From the NCBI GenBank assembly GCA_021739695.1, contig JAIPBM010000008.1, positions 37,013-101,012 on the forward strand: a stretch of 64,000 bases of DNA, in the 5' to 3' direction. Positions 60,339-64,000 of this stretch are shown here, piece by piece. The DNA is from Flavobacteriales bacterium (GTDB taxonomy: Bacteria; Bacteroidota; Bacteroidia; UBA10329). The notes under the pieces were generated by a model. The model was given only the letters and a program-made list of their open reading frames with translations, made no database searches and was not told the DNA's origin. Each line of letters starts with the position of its first letter. Position 1 is the stretch's first letter. Position numbers and translations under genes: made by a program.

Positions 60339-60420
60339 GCCACAGATGCACAGATTTGCACAGATTCTTTCACAGAGAAAACCAATCCACGAAATCAGTG
60401 AAAATCTGTGCATCTGTGGC
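60339..60420. promoter_or_regulatory. 19-bp perfect inverted repeat with 44-nt spacer and reiterated CACAGAT/CTGTG motifs, in the 5' region of the phosphodiesterase gene
   Basis: gccacagatgcacagattt ...44 nt... aaatctgtgcatctgtggc. Inner direct repeats gcacagattt-gcacagattc. In gene orientation: CTGTGaaagaatCTGTGcaaatCTGTGcatCTGTGg, 42-125 nt upstream of the ATG at 60296. Confidence 0.4.
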
Positions 60421-60507
60421 TAAAAACATGTTTTTCAATATGCTTGAAAATAACACCTGATTGCCCTAGTGGCATACTGCTACGTTTGGCGGAATTCGTA
60501 ATTCGTA

Positions 60508-61920
60508 TCAACGCAGGAGCCACTTGGCCGCCATCTTAATGAAGTTGATTTTGGCTTTGCTGTATGGAGGATATTTCTGCGCTACATCGCCCAAGAATGA
60601 ACGCGTCATCACTGGTTTCATGTGCGAGAAAGTATCGAAACCGAGTTTTCCGTTATATGCTCCAATACCGCTATTCCCCACTCCACCAAATGGAAGATTT
60701 GGCTGACCCGCGTGTACCATGGTTTCATTTACACAGATAGCTCCCGAAGATGTTTCGTTCATTAGACGTTTCTTCAATTTAGAATCGTTGCTGAACAGAT
60801 ACATCGCCAATGGGCGCTCGCCTGCATTGATGTGATTGATCACCTCATCGAAATTGTCGTAGCCAATGATCGGCATTACAGGTCCAAAGATCTCTTCCTG
60901 CATGGCTGGATGATCGTTGGTCACATTATCAATGATGGTTGGCGAAATGTATCTGGTAGCTGCATCAGTTACACCACCAACGATAATATCTCCCGTTAGC
61001 ATTTTGCTTACACGCTGAAAATGTCGGTCGCTGATCAATCGTCCAAGATCATCTGAAGGCTTATCGGCTGGGCCGAAGAATTCTCCAATATATTGCTTCA
61101 GTTTCTCAAGGAATTTAGCTTTGATCTTGTTGTTGACGTAGATGTAATCTGGCGCAATACACGTTTGTCCTGCATTTTGGAATTTACCCCAAACCAATCG
61201 CTTAGCAGCCACATTCAGATTAATGTCTGTATCAATGATACATGGGCTCTTGCCGCCCAATTCCAAGGTGACAGGCGTAAGGTGTTTTGCGGCTGCTTGA
61301 TAAATGATCCGTCCGATCTCGGTTCCACCAGTGAACAACAGATAATCAAATCGCTCATTGAGCAACTCTGTAGTTTCTGGAACGCCACCTTCAATGCTTA
61401 CAATGTATTCAGGGTCGAAGGTGTCTTTGATCAGATCGGCAATGGCCTTGCTGCAATTCGGAGAAATCTCTGAAGGCTTTACCACAGCTGTATTTCCAGC
61501 GGCAATAGCACCTAAAAGCGGTCCGAAAAGGTTCTTTACAGGATAGTTCCATGGGGCGATGATCAATACAACTCCGTAAGGTTCAGGCACGATCATCGAT
61601 GAACCTGGTTGAAAGAACAAAGGCGTTGGAACACGCTCTGGTTCCATCCAATCATCGAGATGGCGCAGGTAGTGATCGATCTCTGCAACAGTTACTTCAA
61701 TTTCCGTTGCAAGTGCTTCTTGTTTCGGTTTATTGAGGTCTTGCTTTAAGGCTGCAAGAAGATTTTCCTCATGCTTACGAAACGCAGCTTTCAATTTATT
61801 CAACTGCTTTTTTCGGAAAGCAGCTGGTTTGGTGGCATGCGACCAGAAATAATCGCGTTGCTTTTGAACTACTGCTGAATATGCTGTGCCGGTTGCCGGC
61901 TTTTCGAGAACTGCTTCCAT
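60508..61920 (-). CDS. NAD(P)-dependent aldehyde dehydrogenase (ALDH3/fatty-aldehyde dehydrogenase-like)
   Basis: Catalytic Cys region GQTCIAPDY. Glu in ELGGKSP. N-terminus resembles the ALDH3 family. Start set at MEAVLEK (61920), 2 nt after the upstream DUF962 stop. Confidence 0.9.
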   Translation of the reverse strand: MEAVLEKPATGTAYSAVVQKQRDYFWSHATKPAAFRKKQLNKLKAAFRKHEENLLAALKQDLNKPKQEALATEIEVTVAEIDHYLRHLDDWMEPERVPTPLFFQPGSSMIVPEPYGVVLIIAPWNYPVKNLFGPLLGAIAAGNTAVVKPSEISPNCSKAIADLIKDTFDPEYIVSIEGGVPETTELLNERFDYLLFTGGTEIGRIIYQAAAKHLTPVTLELGGKSPCIIDTDINLNVAAKRLVWGKFQNAGQTCIAPDYIYVNNKIKAKFLEKLKQYIGEFFGPADKPSDDLGRLISDRHFQRVSKMLTGDIIVGGVTDAATRYISPTIIDNVTNDHPAMQEEIFGPVMPIIGYDNFDEVINHINAGERPLAMYLFSNDSKLKKRLMNETSSGAICVNETMVHAGQPNLPFGGVGNSGIGAYNGKLGFDTFSHMKPVMTRSFLGDVAQKYPPYSKAKINFIKMAAKWLLR

Positions 61921-61921
61921 A

Positions 61922-62389
61922 TCAATATTTGATTCCGAGTTTATTGTAAAGTTTTGTGAGGACCCACATTGGCCCAACTAAGAAAAATTCGAGGTCTTTG
62001 AAGAATGATGGCTTCTTGCCTTCCACCTTGTGGCCTACGAACTGCATGGCCCATGAAAGAACAAAGATCACCAAGGAAATTAGCCAAATGCTGACCGGTC
62101 CGTTGTAGAAATAGCATGCAGCCATACCCGTCAACGTTACTGCAAGAATTCCGACCGAAACGGCAAACGAAAGTGAGAGGTAATATGCAAACACGAAAAT
62201 TGCGAGAATCATTGAAACATTAAGTGGTTCGCCACCAAGAAACCCCAACTCAACCGGTAGTTTCACATCCCAAAGCATGCCAATGGCACTCAAGAAGATA
62301 AGTGGAACAAAAATGTTGTGAATGAACTGATTGGTCTCGTTCTGATGACTCTCTTTGTATTCGCCCAAGAGGCGGTCTATCTTACTCAT
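61922..62389 (-). CDS. DUF962 (Mpo1-like) membrane protein
   Basis: About 155 aa, 3-4 TM helices with conserved His. Pattern resembles DUF962/Mpo1-like proteins. Start at MSKIDRLL. Confidence 0.5.
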   Translation of the reverse strand: MSKIDRLLGEYKESHQNETNQFIHNIFVPLIFLSAIGMLWDVKLPVELGFLGGEPLNVSMILAIFVFAYYLSLSFAVSVGILAVTLTGMAACYFYNGPVSIWLISLVIFVLSWAMQFVGHKVEGKKPSFFKDLEFFLVGPMWVLTKLYNKLGIKY

Positions 62390-62474
62390 AATTTGATTTG
62401 GATTAAATCGAGGAACACGTAAAGTTAGCCACTTCATTGATTTTATGAGGGCAACAAAGACTATTTTTCGGACG

Positions 62475-63620
62475 ATGGAATCACTTTCAGTTCAATTCAA
62501 TTCGCTTTTCGGCCATTTACAGGAGCCGAAACGATTTTTCTGCCCAGGTAGGGTTAACCTAATTGGCGAACATATCGACTACTTAGGAGGTTCGGTCATG
62601 CCTGCTGCCATCTCTTTGGGAATCACCGCGCTTTGCAGTAAGAACGATTCCAACATACTGCGGATACACTCAACAGATTTTCCCGAAACAATTGCATTCG
62701 ACCTTGCTGCCCTGCCCGTTTCAAAACAAGGTAATTGGGGTGATTTTATACTTGGAGTTGTGTTGGATTTGAAAGACAAAGGAATTGAACCAAGCGGATG
62801 CGACATTCTCTTTGAAAGCAACTTACCGAAAGGTTCGGGGCTGTCTTCTTCTGCAGCGTTGGAGGTCTTGTGCTATCATATGTTTCACGTTATAGCAACT
62901 GGAACCGAGCCAGACAGGACTAAAATGGCGTTGTATTGTCAGAAAATCGAGAATCAATTCATTGGCGTGAATTGCGGCATTATGGATCAGTTTGCCGTTG
63001 CCAACGGAAAAGCCCAGCACGCACTACTGCTTAACTGTGAATCGTTGGCTTACAAACTTGTGCCTTTGCAATTAGGAACGCATGAACTGCTGATCATCAA
63101 TTCGAATAAACCGCGAACATTGGCCGAAAGTGCCTACAACCAACGCAGACAGGAATGTGATGATGCCTTGCGGATTATTCAAAAAGAAAGACCAATAGGG
63201 AACTTGGTGGATGCTCACGAATCAGAGCTCGAATTACTGTGCAACCCGATCTTGAAGAAACGAACACGACATGCGATTGGCGAGCAGATTCGTGTGATGC
63301 AATCCGCTGTTGCGCTGCGTGCTGGAAACCTCGAAGAATTTGGAAGACTGATGACGGAATCGCATAACTCGTTGAAAGATGATTACGAGGTTTCCTGCTC
63401 AGAGCTCGACTTTATCGTAGAGCAATTGCTCGCTTCTGATGCCTGTTTGGGCGCACGTATGACCGGTGCTGGTTTTGGTGGCTGCTGCGTGGCTTTGGTA
63501 GACAAATCTGCGGTTGCTTCACTTTCAGAACAACTCGGAAATGGTTATCAGAAACGCTTTGGATTCGAGCCGTCATTTTATAGCTGTTTAACGTCAGATG
63601 GAGTACATACCATTACTTAA
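62475..63620 (+). CDS. galK: Galactokinase
   Basis: GHMP-kinase motifs PGRVNLIGEHIDY and PKGSGLSSSAALEV. Start set at MESLSV. Confidence 0.9.
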   Translation: MESLSVQFNSLFGHLQEPKRFFCPGRVNLIGEHIDYLGGSVMPAAISLGITALCSKNDSNILRIHSTDFPETIAFDLAALPVSKQGNWGDFILGVVLDLKDKGIEPSGCDILFESNLPKGSGLSSSAALEVLCYHMFHVIATGTEPDRTKMALYCQKIENQFIGVNCGIMDQFAVANGKAQHALLLNCESLAYKLVPLQLGTHELLIINSNKPRTLAESAYNQRRQECDDALRIIQKERPIGNLVDAHESELELLCNPILKKRTRHAIGEQIRVMQSAVALRAGNLEEFGRLMTESHNSLKDDYEVSCSELDFIVEQLLASDACLGARMTGAGFGGCCVALVDKSAVASLSEQLGNGYQKRFGFEPSFYSCLTSDGVHTIT

Positions 63621-63671
63621 TGATTAAATTATCTTTAACGCCTCTTAACGAAACACACATATCAGAACAAC

Positions 63672-64000
63672 ATGAAAAAACTTTTTACTCTAAGTCTATT
63701 ATCCCTTTTTGCGATAAGCGAGACAGTTGCACAACCAGACTGTTCCAATGGAAGATATACAACATTCGATCTATTCTCTTCTGTTGACGTAACAAGTGCC
63801 GTGACATTTGGAAACAATACTGCCTTAAATGGTAGTGATGTAGACCTGAAAATGGATGTATATCAACCTTCAGGAGATACAGAAACAGATCGCCCCGTGG
63901 TCATCATGGCTTTCGGAGGTTCTTTTATTGGCGGAGCTCGAGCGGATGTAGCTTTCATGTGTAACATCCTTGCCAAAATGGGCTATGTGGCTGTAGCTCC
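63672..64000 (+). CDS. Secreted alpha/beta-hydrolase-fold esterase/lipase, partial (3' end beyond window)
   Basis: Signal peptide MKKLFTLSLLSLFAISETVAQ. ...PVVIMAFGGSFIGG is an oxyanion-hole region typical of esterases. Open to the window end. Confidence 0.5.
   Translation, partial: MKKLFTLSLLSLFAISETVAQPDCSNGRYTTFDLFSSVDVTSAVTFGNNTALNGSDVDLKMDVYQPSGDTETDRPVVIMAFGGSFIGGARADVAFMCNILAKMGYVAVA

Overview
The window looks like chromosomal DNA from a Bacteroidota (Flavobacteriia-like) genome, about 43-45% GC. The evidence is several T9SS-type C-terminal sorting domains, SprB repeats, gldF-gldG-DUF4340-dnaN synteny, the conserved parA-parB-DUF5683-dapB-lepB block and TAnnTTTG -7 promoter motifs. 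Coding density is high. There are no transposases, integrases or CRISPR arrays.

Gene content in order:
- A partial SulP/STAS anion transporter whose start overlaps the stop of a tandem-Usp gene.
- A MORN-repeat protein.
- tRNA-Pro(GGG).
- A three-gene sulfide-oxidation operon: sulfide:quinone oxidoreductase (SQR), a TusE/DsrC-like protein and a DsrE-like protein.
- A TonB-dependent receptor, a DUF4249 lipoprotein and trxB.
- An SRPBCC protein and a thioredoxin-like protein.
- A block of large T9SS cargo proteins: a 1492-aa multi-repeat protein with a proprotein-convertase P domain, an ASST-like beta-propeller protein and a 1425-aa SprB-repeat protein with a type-B CTD.
- An outer-membrane beta-barrel protein.
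- An OmpR/HK two-component system.
- A PadR regulator with a fused DUF1700-like membrane protein.
- gldF, gldG, a DUF4340 gene and dnaN.
- A rhomboid protease.
- Another T9SS-CTD protein.
- Two tandem collagen-like (G-X-Y) surface proteins built from near-identical DNA tandem repeats.
- A membrane metallophosphoesterase followed by two tandem secreted penicillin-acylase-family paralogs.
- An S41 C-terminal processing protease, a TPR lipoprotein, lepB, dapB, a DUF5683 gene, parB and parA.
- A DUF4281 gene and pterin-4a-carbinolamine dehydratase.
- A third repeat-rich surface protein that shares the N-terminal module of the collagen-like proteins.
- A RecD-like helicase.
- An alkaline-phosphatase-family phosphodiesterase preceded by a 19-bp perfect palindrome carrying CACAGAT repeats.
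- A DUF962 (Mpo1-like) plus ALDH3-type aldehyde dehydrogenase operon.
- galK and a partial esterase.

The most unusual element is the set of three surface proteins (37873-42054 and 55491-57791) that share a roughly 70-aa N-terminal module. Two of them have a hyper-repetitive collagen-like core and one ends in a tail-fiber-like C-terminal domain; I take this as a candidate phase- or length-variable surface fibre system. All functional calls come from reading the translated ORFs. No database searches were run.
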